A program made the translations under genes and the position numbers. Below are positions 1-14,916 of a stretch of DNA of 64,000 nucleotides, piece after piece. Positions within the stretch are counted from its first letter, which is position 1; each line of letters opens with the position of its first letter. The stretch is from the human T2T-CHM13v2.0 reference genome, Homo sapiens. A model generated the notes under the pieces. It made no database searches. It was given only the letters and a program-made list of their open reading frames with translations, and was not told where the DNA came from. Location: the NCBI RefSeq assembly GCF_009914755.1, contig NC_060926.1. The stretch is one strand, 5' to 3'.

Positions 1-721
1 GGAGTGAGGAGAGAACATTGTGATTTTTGATATGTTTCAAACATCGCAGAGATTTTGAAAGAGACTGAACCAGGACTTTCTTTCTCCCACTTGGTGGATG
101 ATCACCTATCTTAGATTTCAAGAGTTTGAACATTACTTCCCAACCACAAAAGACCCCTGAATTATGAAGGAGTGGATCTGTGACCCATTTGTGAAAAAGC
201 CAGTTGAATCGACTTTGTCTTTGCTAGAAGAGGATCAACTACTTGAGATCACAAATGACGGTGGTCTTAAAAGTATGTTTGAGAAAGCTTCAAATCTTCA
301 TATGTTCTGGATTACAGTCAAGGCAGAATATGCTGAGATTGCCACAAAAGCACTGAAAAGCCTCCTTCCATTTCAGACATCCCATATTTGTGAAGCAGGA
401 TTTTCTGCAGTAACAGCAACCAAAATGAGACTACAGAGTACACTGGATATAAGCAACACACTTTGGGGGTCGGTGTTTCCCATCACCCCCAGATGAGATT
501 ATCTAGTTGCAGTAAAACAAGCTCAGGGCTCTCATTAAATTATGGTGAGTTGTATATTTACTTCATTATATATTATGATGTAATAATAATAGAAATAAAG
601 TGCACGAAAAATGTAATGTGGCTTGAATCATCCCAAAACCATACCCCTCCCTGGAGAACAGTCCATGAAAATTGTCTTCCATGAAACTGGTCTCCGGTGC
701 CGAAAAGGTTGAAGGCTGCTG
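1..721 (+). mobile_element. hAT DNA transposon 3' end (Charlie3/MER1 family) with transposase C-terminal remnant
   Basis: ORF 164-496 resembles the hAT dimerisation domain (FW...EY.EIA.KALK.LLPF.TS..CEAGFS); 540-721 matches the MER1/Charlie3 terminus (attgtcttccatgaaactggtc...aaaaggttg...ctgctg); runs off the window start. Confidence 0.85.
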
Positions 722-899
722 TCATAGTGTGTAAGGAACCACCATTCTTAGTAACTTCTTAACACAGATAAATCTCTGGATTTTAAAATAACCCATTCAA
801 ACCTGGCTTTGCCTATGGACTAAATAAATATAAAACACAGACATGCCTGACAATCCAAAGTTATTTCACATCACTGCTATTTAGGGAAACATTTCTGAG

Positions 900-3113
<2,214 letters not shown>

Positions 3114-6100
3114 TTATATATCAATAAAGTTGTTAAAAGAATGCATAAACACACTGCTTATACAGAATTGTGATGCTATGATTTTGTGCAAACTATATAA
3201 TATTGGCCGGAAGATTTATACTGGTCACTAATGTCCTTTAACACTAATTATTATACTGAATACATTTTTTTTCTTGCCGACTCTAATTATGTAATTTTCC
3301 CCTTTCCTGACAAGAAATGCAAGATTTCACAAAATAATTCTTTGTCTTAAAATACCATGTTATTTAAAAAAGTTTATTATTTGTCCCCTTCTCTCTCCAT
3401 TGTAGTATGCAAAAATGGGTGTTTGGGTCCATATCAATGCTAATTATTGAGCAAAAAGTGCTCAAGAAATAGACAAAGCATAATTTTAGGGTCTAATGTG
3501 AGTTAAGTACTCATATATCTTTACTTCTTTTTAACCTCTCATCAGCTTTCTAAGGCCAAAACTATTACACCCATTTGCAAATGAAGAAACAGTGAAGGAC
3601 TGAGTAAGTCTACCCAATTATTAAAGGTTCAAAATCAAGAATCAAGCTCTGCTTCTAGTAACTCTTGAGCTTATGGATCTTCTCCTGAAACTGTCCAGTG
3701 CCCTGCCACATCACCCTTTCCATCCTGCAGACGAAGGGATGAAGGGGCAACTCAGTGTGCAGGTTTGACAGAAATGTCAGTGGGTCTATATAGTAAAGCC
3801 TTCTTACAGGTCAAGCCAATTTTGTACACTAATCAAGCACAGAATATTGAAATGATTAGGAGGGAAGGTAGTACGGACACAAAAAATAAAATGTTATTTC
3901 TTTTCTTCACTCCTCAAATATTTATCGGTGTCAGATTCTGTACTAGGTACTGGGTACATATTAGAGAATAGAAGATACATAGAACCAGTTTTCTGGAACT
4001 TAGCAAAAGAGATATTCGATCCTTTAAGAAGGCAACATGAAAGCAGTACATAAATATACGACACCGAAAATCTGGTAGAATGTATGTGAAGTTTCTAAAA
4101 CTGGGGATAAGATGGTGTCATAGAAGTTGGCTATGGGTCAACAGTGTGAACACTGGTTTTATTTGCTTGTAATCAAATACAATGTTATAGTACAAAAGCA
4201 GGCACACAGCAGTGGAGAACAGTGAGATATTTAACACATTATATGACTAAATATGCTGCATTATTTTCCATAGGTCACAACCAAAGCATATAACTTGGGA
4301 AAGTTTCAGGGGAGAGATAGAAAGCTGATTAACAGAATGGAAAATATAGCCCATGAAGAGAGATGAAACAAAATGGAATAATTTGGCCAAAAGGTGATGA
4401 AAGAATTTGATTTGAGAGTCCTTAAACAAAGGATTTTTATACAAAGGATAACGTTAGGTTATTTAAAATTTCTATTGAAAAGGATAAAAAGAAGAAACCA
4501 GGCTTAAATTAGAGCCTGGGGATGTTTATCTAGACATAAAAAGAGCAGTAATTGTTTATTTGTTTTCTTGTTTAGATCGGGGATGATAGATGTGGCCCTA
4601 CTTTAACCCGATGACCTCCATTGACCATTTCTACACAAACATTCAATGAACTTTATAGGAATATATGTACTCTAGATGGAAATGTGTGGATTTGACATTT
4701 TCGGTCCTGCCTTTTATTGCGGCTTAGAAATGCATTCCATGTTAATTCAGCAAGATGGTTAGTGATCACTTTCCATCTGTCAGTAAGATGCTGAAAATTA
4801 CCGAGTCACAGCATTGAGCCAAAAAAACAAAACCAAGTCGATGAATAATTTTGCAATGTCAAGAAGCAGTAAATTCCAGCTGTGAAAATTGAGTAGCATG
4901 AAAAAAGCTCTGGAATTTAAGGCCGGCCTCACCACCTCTCACCTTACACCAGTAGCTCTTGGATGATGGTCATACCGTTAGCCAATAGAATCCCATGTAA
5001 TTGCTGTGGGTTTAATTATTCTAAACTAGAATTTTTAGTACCCTCATTTCTTGCATTAGTTTCAGTGCCAATCAATACAGCATTTAGTGCCAACATTTAA
5101 CTGTATCTCCCCCACAAAAAATCTGGACAATACAAGCTCAGTGGTCAAGTTCCATAAAATAAGGAAAGAAAAGGAAAGCTTTTTTTTAATTAAAAATTTT
5201 CAATACATTGAAGCAAATCACAGTGTTAATAAACTTTACTTTTGCATGGCAAAGTTATTGAAAGCATACTAAGTATAAGTATTGTTAGAATGAATGGAGG
5301 TTCTCTTATAAGTCACTCATATTTTAATCTATTTAATAATTATTTATTCATCCAAATTAAAAAGAATAATTTATAACAATAATTCTAGAATTGATTATCT
5401 CTACTAATAGATCCCCAGTATTATTTACTCTTTGCTTATATTGGGAGGAACTTTAGATAAAAACAATGCAGGCATCATTTTTAAAAACACTATTACAGTT
5501 CCTTAAATAGCTTGTGTAACACATAGAGCTAGAGCTTGAGGAATGTATCTATTCCCAAAAAATATTCCTAGTATGTACCTACAGTGAAATAAATATATAC
5601 ATACAGTAATCTAGACATTATCAAGAAATGTAACAGAAACCTTGAGCCACTTACATATACAAAATCAATAAAATATTATGCCCTGAAAGACATAATATCA
5701 CTAATATCGCTAGAAAAGTTTTCAGGAAAGAGAAACTACATAATCTAAAAATTAAAACTGTATTTATATTAATTCATTCTGTTAATGAATAATGTTTACT
5801 CAACATCTACCATGTTCCAAAATGAATAACACTATTTTTGTCCTCAAAGAAGGTTGACTTTGAAGACTCACATGTTTTAGTCTGTATTGACAAAATCTGA
5901 AACATATTCATTGTGGAATTATTTACTAGGACCTGAATTTTAAAATCAAGAAAGAGATCAGGAAGAAGCACTGAGTGGGGAGGGCTTCCTTAAAAAAGAT
6001 AATTTGGCATAGATCTTTTTATCCAGTCAAAATTATATGAAGAATTTTTCCAGACCCAAAAAAGTTAATCCAAAAAATTTTTTAAAATTACGAAGTATTT

Positions 6101-7232
6101 AAAATTCTTCTCAAATTTCAAAGGAGAGTTAAATATTTTTATGTAAACCATGATTATTCATTCCTTTAAATAAAATACAAAAAATCCTATAAGGTCACTT
6201 GCCATGTTTAAATTTGTCTCTGGATTCATGATACAGCTGTGGCCTAAATTTGCCACAGAAAATTCTACTTTTCCAGTAAACCTCACCATGCTTATAGAAA
6301 ATTCACGAGCATTCATGAAGTGCAATACTGAAGAAAAGTTACAGACATTTTTTAATAGATGACCATCTCCAAAAACTTACAGTGCCAACATATAAACTGA
6401 GATAATCTTGGAATGTTGCAGGGAGTGGAATTCCCTTTAGAGTACATGTGTTGCTGTCACAGTCCATATTGAAGAACACAATGTTTTCAAAAGTGTATCA
6501 TGCATGACACAGATGGTAAGCTGTGGATCACACAATACACCAGATAGTTCAAACAGTGCGTGAACATGCTGCTAGATAACCTTGAAGGGCTCAGGAGGAA
6601 GTTTTGAATTGGTCAATTCTCTTTTGTTCTTCCTGGTTGCTGCCTTTAGAAAAGTTCAGTCAAGGATAAAGAGAGCTTCTCTGACACTTAACTAATCTCC
6701 ATTTTTAACAAAAAGCTGGGTTTTGGTAGGCTAGTGTCAAATTAGAATTATTTTAAAGTAGAATTTAATAACATTGCTTATTTTATTGTATTTATTTTTA
6801 TCTCTATGGTCAACCACTAGATTTCTATTTTCGATTATAATCCCTGGCCTGGTCTTGGAGGGACGTTTTTTTTTTATCACTGACTATGTTTAGAATTGCC
6901 ATTGGCAGGTTTATGAGATTGAAAAGCAGACTGATTTTTGATTGGTTTATCATTGCTCTCAAATGTCTATAGACACTGTACCCCTATATTGCCCATCCTA
7001 TGCCTCCTCACTGTTAGTGACAATAGATAGTAATTTTAAGACTATTGAAATACATATTTTTCTGATAAAAATTACCTATTCCATTAATTTGTATCTGAGT
7101 CTTACTTCTCTGCCTAATTACAATCTATAATAGATCAAGGAAGCTGTATTGAGTAATGGTTGGGTGTGAGTCTGGAGCCAGATCCCACTGATTCAATTAT
7201 CTGTTCACCCACTTTCTTCCCCCAGCCCCGCC

Positions 7233-7517
7233 GAGACAGAGTCTTGCTCTTGTTGCCCAGGCTGGAGTGCAGTGGCATGATCTTGGCTCACTGCTCACTG
7301 CAACTTCCACCTCCTGGGTTCAAGCGATTCTCCTGCCTCAGCCTCCTGAGTAGCTGGGAATAAAGGTACCCACAACCACACCTGGCTAATTTTTGCATTT
7401 TTAGTAGAGATGGGGTTTCACCATGTTGAGCAGGCTGGTCTTGAACTCCTGACCTGGTGATCCTGCCTCAGCATCCCAAAGTGCTGGGATTACAGGAGTG
7501 AGCCACCGTACCCGTCC
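7233..7517 (-). mobile_element. Alu inserted in a MIR; no A tail
   Basis: Reverse Alu dimer; TSD ctgttcacccaYtttct at 7201-7217 and 7518-7534; MIR-like sequence at ~7130-7200 and ~7535-7720. Confidence 0.93.
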
Positions 7518-8203
7518 CTGTTCACCCATTTTCTGTCTGGGTGACTATGAGAGAACTCACACTCCCTGAGCTTTATTTCCTTAAGTATAAAATAGGAATA
7601 ATAACAGTGTAGCTCTCATAGGGTTGTTGTGAGAATTAAATAATATTTTATACTTATGTGATCATCCACATAAGGCACACAGCTAATACATAGCACTTAA
7701 TAAGCTTTCAACACTATTATTTGGAACATTCAACTTCTTTGGATTCCTGGAGTTACTAATAAAATGGCTTAATATTTTCAGGTGTTCATTAATTTGTTAA
7801 ATAAAGAAATTTTATAAAAATTCAAAATCAGTTTAATTATACAAGTAGAATATTAAAGAAAACAGATAATACAAACTGAGCCCAATGCTGTGGGATACAC
7901 TGACAGTATCCTGAAATGTTAAAGTGCTTGATGCTTCCTCTGCCAAGAACAGGAGGCGCTGGCTTGAGAGTGCCTTGACATTCAACCTTGTGTGTAGTTC
8001 TTCAATTTCTCATTTGTAATACCTGGCTTTGAAATGACATATTCCCAATATTAAGAATCATTTGAAAAGCTAAGCTGTAATTATTTGTACTTGGACATTA
8101 CAAAAATGGACATGGTGAATTCTGAAAGAAAAAATGTATATTTTTGCTTATATTGTATGCAGTAATTATCAATTTTCTTTTTTCTGACTCAATGAAATAT
8201 TTC

Positions 8204-8615
8204 TTTCAGGCCTCTGAGCCCAAGCTAAGCCATCATATCCCCTGTGACCTGCATTTACACATCCAGATGGCCGGTTCCTGCCTTAACTGATGACATTCCA
8301 CCACAAAAGAAGTGAAAATGGCCTGTTCCTGCCTTAACTGATGACATTATCTTCTGAAATTCCTTCTCCTGGCTCATCCTGGCTCAAAAGCTTCCCTACT
8401 GAGCACCTTGTGACCCTCACATCTGCCTGCCAGAGAACAACCCCTCTTTGACTGTAATTTTCCTTTACCTACCCAAATCTTATAAAACAGCCCCACCCAT
8501 ATCTTCCTTCGCTGACTCTTTTCGGACTCAGCCCGCCTGCACCCAGGTGAAATAAACAGCCTTGTTGCTCACACAAAGCCTGTTTGGTGGTCTCTTCACA
8601 TGGACGTGCATGAAA
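8204..8615 (+). promoter_or_regulatory. 5' LTR7 of HERV-H (412 bp)
   Basis: (T)TTCAGGCCTCTGAGCCCAAG...CATGAAA; duplicated CCTTAACTGATGACATT; ACAAAAGA 8303-8310; TATAAAA 8481-8487; AATAAA 8551-8556. Confidence 0.95.
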
Positions 8616-8617
8616 TT

Positions 8618-8635
8618 TGGTGCCGTGACTCGGAT
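8618..8635 (+). other. Primer binding site complementary to tRNA-His
   Basis: TGGTGCCGTGACTCGGAT just after the 5' LTR, the reverse complement of the tRNA-His 3' end. Confidence 0.95.
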
Positions 8636-10101
8636 CGGGGGACCTCCTTTGGGAGATCAATCCCCTGTCTTCCTGCTCTTTGCTCTGTGAGAAAGATCCA
8701 CCTACCACCTCAGGTCCTCAGACCAACCAGCCCAAGAAACATCTCACCAATTTCAAATCTGGAAAGCAGCCTCTTTTTACTCTCTTCTCCAACCTCCCTC
8801 ACTATCCCTCAACCTCTTTCTCCTTTCAATCTTGGCACCACACTTCAATCTCTCCCTTCTCTTAATTTCAATTCCTTTCATTTTCTCGTAGAGACAAAGG
8901 AGACACATTTTATCCGTGGACCCAAAACTCCGGCGCCGGTCACGGACTCGGGAAGGCAGCCTTCCCTTGGTGTTTAATCATTGCGAGGACACCTCTCTGA
9001 TTATTCACCCATGTTCCATTGGTGTCTGATCTCCGCGAGGACGCCTGCCTTGATCATTCACCCACGTTCCCTTGGTGGCAAGTCAATTGCGAGGACGCCT
9101 GCTTTGGCTGCTTGCTCACCCACGTTGCAGCCCAGGGCTGCTCCCCACCCCCCTTCTCCGTGTCTTTACCCTTCTCTTTAAACTTGCCTCCTTCACTATA
9201 GGCAACCTTCCACCCTCCGTTCGTCCTTCTTCTCCCTTAGCCTATGTTCTTAAGAACTTAAAACCTCTTCAACTCTCACCTGACCTAAAATCTAAGTGTC
9301 TTATTTTCTTCTGCAATGCCACTTGACCTCAATACAAACTCGACAGTAGTTCCAAATAGCCAGAAAACGGCACTTTCAATTTTTCCATCCTACAAGATCT
9401 AAATAATTCTTGTCGTAAAATGGGCAAACGGTCTGAGGTGCCTGATATCCAGGCATTCTTTTACACATCGGTCCATCCCTGGTCTCTGTTCCCAATGCAA
9501 CTGGTACCAAATCTTCCTTCTTTCCCCACCACCTGTCCCCCTCCGTCCCAACCCCAAGCATCACTGAGTCTTTCTAATCTTCCTTTTCTACAGACCCATC
9601 TGTCCTCTCCCCTCCTCGCCAGGCCGAGCTAGGTCCCAGTTCTTCCTCAGCCTCCGCTCCTCCACCCTATAATCCTTTTATCACCTCCCTTCCTCACACC
9701 GGGTCCGGCTTACAGTTTCATGCCGTGACTAGCCCTCCCCCACCTGCCCAGCAATTTCCTCTTAAAAAGGTGGCTGGAGCTAAAGGCATAGTCAAGGTTA
9801 ATGCTCCTTTTTCTTTATCCCAAATCAGATAACGTTTAGGCTCTTTTTCATCAAATATAAAAATCCAGCCCAATTCATGGCTTGTTTGGCAGCAACCCTG
9901 AGATGCTTTACAGCCCTAGACCCTAAAAGGTCAAAAAGCCGTCTTATTCTCAATATACATTTTATTACCCAATCCCAACATTAAATAAAACTCCAAAAAT
10001 TAAATTCTGGCCCTCAAACCCCACAACAGGACTTAATTAACCTCGCCTTCAAGGTGTACAATAATAGAGTAGAGGCAGCCAAGTAGCAACATATTTCTGA
10101 G

Positions 10102-10330
10102 TTGCAATTCCTTGCCTCCACTGCGAGACAAACCCCAGCCACATCTCCAGCACACAAGAAATTCCAAACGCCTAAACCGCAGTGGCCAGGTGTTCCTCCA
10201 GGCCCGCCTCCCCCAGGAGCTTGCTACAAGTGCCAGAAATCTGGCCACCAGGCCAAGGAATGCCCACAGCCCGGGATTCCTCCTAAGCCGCTTCCCATCT
10301 GTGCGGGACCCCACTGAAAATCGGACTGTT
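10102..10330 (+). pseudogene. HERV-H gag nucleocapsid remnant
   Basis: CYKCQKSGHQAKEC = CX2CX4HX4C zinc knuckle; second knuckle broken (LPICAGPH*KSDC). Confidence 0.9.
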
Positions 10331-10868
10331 CAACTCACCTGGCAGCCACTCCCAGAGGCCCTGGAACTCTGGCCCAAGGCTCTGACTCCTTCCCAGATCT
10401 TCTCGGCTTAGTGGCTGAAGACTGACACTGCCTGATCGTCTCTGAAGCCCCCTAGACCATCACGGACGTCAAGCTTCGAGTAACTGTCACAGTGGAGGGT
10501 AAGTCTGTCCCCTTTTAATCAATATGGAGGCTACCCACTCCACACTACCGTCTTTTCAAGGGCCTGTTTCCCTTGCCTCCATAACTGTTGTGCGTATTGA
10601 CGGCCAGGCTTCTAAACCTCTTTAAACTCCACAACTCTGGTGCCAACTTAGACAATACTTTTTTAAGCACTCTTTTTTAGTTATCCCCACCTGCCCAGTT
10701 CCCTTATTAGGCTGAGATATTTTAACTAAATTATCTGCTTCCTTGACTATTCCTAGACTACAGCCACATCTCATTGCCACCCTTCTTCCCAATCCAAAGC
10801 CTCCTTTGCGTTCTCCTCTTGTATCCCCCCACCTTAACCCACAAGTATAAGATACCTCTACTCCCTCC

Positions 10869-13170
10869 TTGGCAACGGATCATGCACCCCTTACCATCTC
10901 ATTAAAACCTAATCACCCTTACCCTGCTCAACGCCAATATCCAATCCTGCAGCACGCTTTAAAAAGATTAAAGCCTGTTATCACTCGCCTGCTACAGCAT
11001 GGCCTTTTAAAGCCTATAAACTCTCCTTACAGTTCCCCCATTTTACCTGTCCTAAAACCAGACAAGCCTTACAAGTTAGTTCAGGATCTGTGCCTTATCA
11101 ACCAAATTGTTTTGCCTATCCACCCCATAGTGCCAAACCCATATACTCTCCTATCCTCAATACTTCCCTCCACAATCCATTATTCTGTTCTGGATCTCAA
11201 ACATGCTTTCTTTACTATTCCTTTGCACCCTTCATCCCAGCCTCTCTTCGCTTTCACTTGGACTGACCCTGACACCCATCAGGGTCAGCAAATTACCTGG
11301 GCTGTACTGCCACAAGGCTTCACAGATAGCACCCGTTACTTCAGTCAAGCCCAAATTTCTTCCTCATCTGTTACCTATCTCGGCATAATTCTCATAAAAA
11401 CACACGTGCTCTCCCTGCTGATCGTGTTTGACTAATCTCCCAAACCTCAATCCCTTACAAAACAACAACTCCTTTCCTTCCTAGGCATGGTTAGTGCAGT
11501 CAGAATTCTTACACAAGAGCCAGGACTGCACCCTGTAGCCTTTCTGTCCAAACAACTTGACCTTACTGTTTTAGGCTGCCCATCATGTCTCCGTGCAGTG
11601 GCTGCCACCACCCTAATACTTTTGGACACCCTCAAAATCACAAACTATGCTCAACTCACTCTTTACAGTTCTCACAACTTCCAAAATCTATTTTCTTCCT
11701 CACACCTGACACATATACTTTCTGCTCCCCGGCTCCTTCAGCTGTACTCACTCTTTGTTGAGTCTCCCACAATTACCATTGTTCCTGGCCCGGACTTCAA
11801 TCCGGCCTCCCTCATTATTCCTGATACCACACCTGACCCCCATGACTGCGTCTCTCTGACACACCTGAAATTCACTCCATTTCCCCATATTTCCTTCTTT
11901 CCTGTTCCTCACCCTGATCACACTTGGTTTATTGATGGCAGTTCCACCAGGCCTAATTGCCTCTCACCAGCAAAAGCAGGCTATGCTGTAGTATCTTCCA
12001 CATCTATCATTGAGGCTACCCCTCTGCCCCCATCCACTACCTCTCAGCAAGGTGAACTAGTTGCCTTAACTCAAGCCCTCACTCTCGCAAAAGGACTACG
12101 CGTCAATATTTATACTGATTCTAAATATGCCTTTCATATTCTGTACCACCATGCTGTTATATGCGCTGAAAGAGGCTTCCTCACTACTCAAAGGTCCTCC
12201 ATCATTAATGCCTCTTTAACAAAAACTCTGCTCAAGGCCGCTTCACTTCCAAAGGAAGCTGGAGTCATTCACTGCAAAGGCCATCAAAAGGTGTCAGATC
12301 CCATTGCTCTAGGCAATGCTTATGCTGATAAGGTGGCTAGACAAGCAGCTAGCTTTCCAGCTTCTGTCCCTCAAGGCCAGTTTTTCTCCTTCACATCGGT
12401 CACTCCCACCTATTCCCCTGCTGAAACTTCCACCTATCAATCTCTTCCCACACAAGGCAAATGGTTCTTAGACCAAGGAAAATATCTCCTTTCAGCCTCA
12501 CAGGCCCATTCTATTCTGTCTTCATTTCATAACCTCTTCCATGTAGGTTACAAGCCGCTAGCCCGTCTCTTAGAACATCTCATTTCCTTTCCATCCTGGA
12601 AATCTATCCTCAAGGCAATCAATTCTCAATATTCCATCTGCTATTCTACTACCCCTCAGGGATTGTTCAGGTCTTCTCCCTTTCCTACACATCAAGCTCG
12701 GGGATTTGCCCCTGCCCAGGCCTGGCAAATTGACTTTACTCACATGCCCTGAGTCAGAAAACTAAAATACCTCTTAGTCTAGGTAGACACTTTCACTGGA
12801 TGGGTAGAGGCCTTTCCTACAGGGTCTGAGAAGGCCATCACGGTCATTTCTTCCCTTCTGTCAGATATAATTCCTCGGTTTAGCCTTCCCACCTCTATAC
12901 AGTCCGATAGCAGACCGGCCTTTATTAGTCAAATCAGCAAAGCATTTTTTCAGGCTTTTAGTATTCAGTGAAACCTTTATATCCCTTACGGTCCTCAGTC
13001 TTCAGGAAAGGTAGAACGGACTAATGATGTTTTAAAAACACACCTCCCCAAGCTCAGCCAGCAACTTAAAAAGGACTGGACAATACTTTTACCACTTTCC
13101 CTTCTCAGATTCAGGCCTGTCCTCGGAATGCTACAGGGTACAGCCCATTTGAGCTCCTGTATGGACGCTC
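10869..13170 (+). pseudogene. HERV-H pol remnant (RT, RNase H, integrase), disrupted
   Basis: RT motifs LDLKHAFF and LPQGF with YxDD deleted; RNase H WFIDGSS, YTDSKYAF, HCKGHQ, GNAYAD in ORF 11487-12752; integrase WQIDFTHMP then stop codons. Confidence 0.93.
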
Positions 13171-13790
13171 CTTTTTATTAGGCCCCAGTCTCATTCCAGG
13201 CACCAGACCAACTTGGACTGTGCCCCAAAAAACTTGTCATCCCTACTATCTTCTGTCTAGTCGTACTCCTGTTCACCATTCTCAACTACTCATACATGCC
13301 CTGCTCTTGCTTACACTGCCGATTTACACTGTTTCTCCAAGCCATCACAGCTGATATATCGTGGTGCTATCCCCAAACTGCCACTCTTAACTCTTAAAGT
13401 AAATAAATAATCTTTGCTGGCGGGACTATGCTGAATCTCCTTAGGCACTCTCTAATTAGATGTCCTGGGTCCTCCCAATTCTTAGGCCTTTAATATCTGT
13501 TTTTCTCCTTCTCTTATTCCGTTTAGTTTTTCAATTCATTCAAAACTGTATCCAGGCCATGACCAATAATTCTAAATGACAAATGTTTCTTCTAACAACC
13601 CCACAATATCACCCCTTACCACAAAATCTTCCTTCAGCTTAATTCCTCCTACTCTAGGTTCCCACACCGCCCCTAATCCCTCTCGAAGCAGCCCTGAGAA
13701 ACATCTCCCATTCTCTCTCCATACCACCCCCAAAAATTTTCGCTGTCCCATCATTTTACCACTATTTCATTTTATTTTTCTTATTAATAT

Positions 13791-13803
13791 AAGAAGACAG
13801 GAA
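13791..13803 (+). other. Polypurine tract
   Basis: aagaagacaggaa directly abutting the TG of the 3' LTR. Confidence 0.8.
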
Positions 13804-14216
13804 TGTCAGGCCTCTGAGCCCAAGCTAAGCTATCATATCCCCTGTGACCTGCACTTACACATCCAGATGGCCGGTTCCCGCCTTAACTGATGACATTCCA
13901 CCACAAAAGAAGTGAAAATGGCCTGTTCCTGCCTTAACTGATGACATTATCTTCTGAAATTCCTTCTCCTGGCCCATCCTGGCTCAAAAACTCCCCTACT
14001 GAGCACCTTGTGACCCCCACATCTGCCCACCAGAGAACAACCCCCCTTTGACTGTAATTTTCCTTTACCTACCCAAATCTTATAAAACAGACCCACCTGT
14101 ATCTCCCTTCACTGACTCTCTTTTCGGACTCAGCCCGCCTGCACCCAGGTGAAACAAACAGCCTTGTTGCTCACACAAAGCCTGTTTGGTGATCTCTTCA
14201 CACAACGAACATGAAC
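13804..14216 (+). promoter_or_regulatory. 3' LTR7 of HERV-H (413 bp)
   Basis: TGTCAGGCCTCTGAGCCC...; about 94-95% identical to the 5' LTR by hand alignment; AACAAA replaces AATAAA at 14153-14158. Confidence 0.95.
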
Positions 14217-14916
14217 ATTTCCTCAAAAGAAACTAACCAAATAATCAGAGTTCTGAGTCCATAAAGAGCTTTATTATTTCTGGAGGTAGTTTCTTGTGCC
14301 TCTGTGATTTCCTAATAGCCAGTTATTACTGCTCAGAGTCTGTTTGTATCAAGAATCTTGTGTTTTGGAGATTACAAACACCACACTGAGAAACTGGACA
14401 GTTGTCCCTAACGATCTGCTTCCTGAAGTAGAACTCATTATAGGACTGAGTGTATGCTAATTCCAACAGCACTAACTTCATCTGAAGAACTTCTAACAGA
14501 GATTTACAAAGTATTCCAGCAACCCATCATCTATGGACAATTTTAAGAAGCAGCTAGAAATATTTGTATAAGCTATCTAACATCCTGATACACAGATATA
14601 ATGGCTGACAGACATACCTGTGTGATCCTTATATAGCAAAACTGTGATTAATTGAAATTAGGTAATATATTGGATTTCCTGACTCTTTTTTGTAGTTGGG
14701 ATTCAGAAACTAATTACCAAGAAGATTAAAATAGAAACAGATTCTACACTTGATTTAAAACTTTTAATCTAATAATGTTCAGAATGAAAATCCTAAAGCC
14801 ATATATGCTACTAAGTGTTATGAGACATTTTTGTCAATACAATTTACTTGGTAATAGAGGAAATTAGATTAAAACTTTAGAAGTGTCTCCAACAAGTTGA
14901 AACAGATGTTATACTT

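Larger units (their letters stand above)
8204..14216 (+). mobile_element. HERV-H provirus, common internally deleted ~6-kb form, antisense to LRP1B
   Basis: Two LTR7 copies starting 5600 bp apart, 5-bp TSD ATTTC (8199-8203, 14217-14221), tRNA-His PBS, gag/pro/pol remnants, env largely absent, PPT before 3' LTR. Confidence 0.97.

Noticed and set aside
164-496. ORF resembling domesticated hAT genes (ZBED/GTF2IRD2/SCAND3-like)
   Set aside because: Embedded in a Charlie3 copy with its TIR, and the upstream frame is broken; a transposon fossil
6370-6830. Possible ancient hAT-type DNA transposon relic
   Set aside because: Could not identify TIRs or a family with confidence; needs a Dfam search
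8980-9130. Three spaced ~45-bp imperfect repeats (gcgaggacRcct...tcacccaYgtt), superficially CRISPR-like
   Set aside because: Ordinary tandem repeats of the HERV-H leader in a eukaryotic context, with no cas genes
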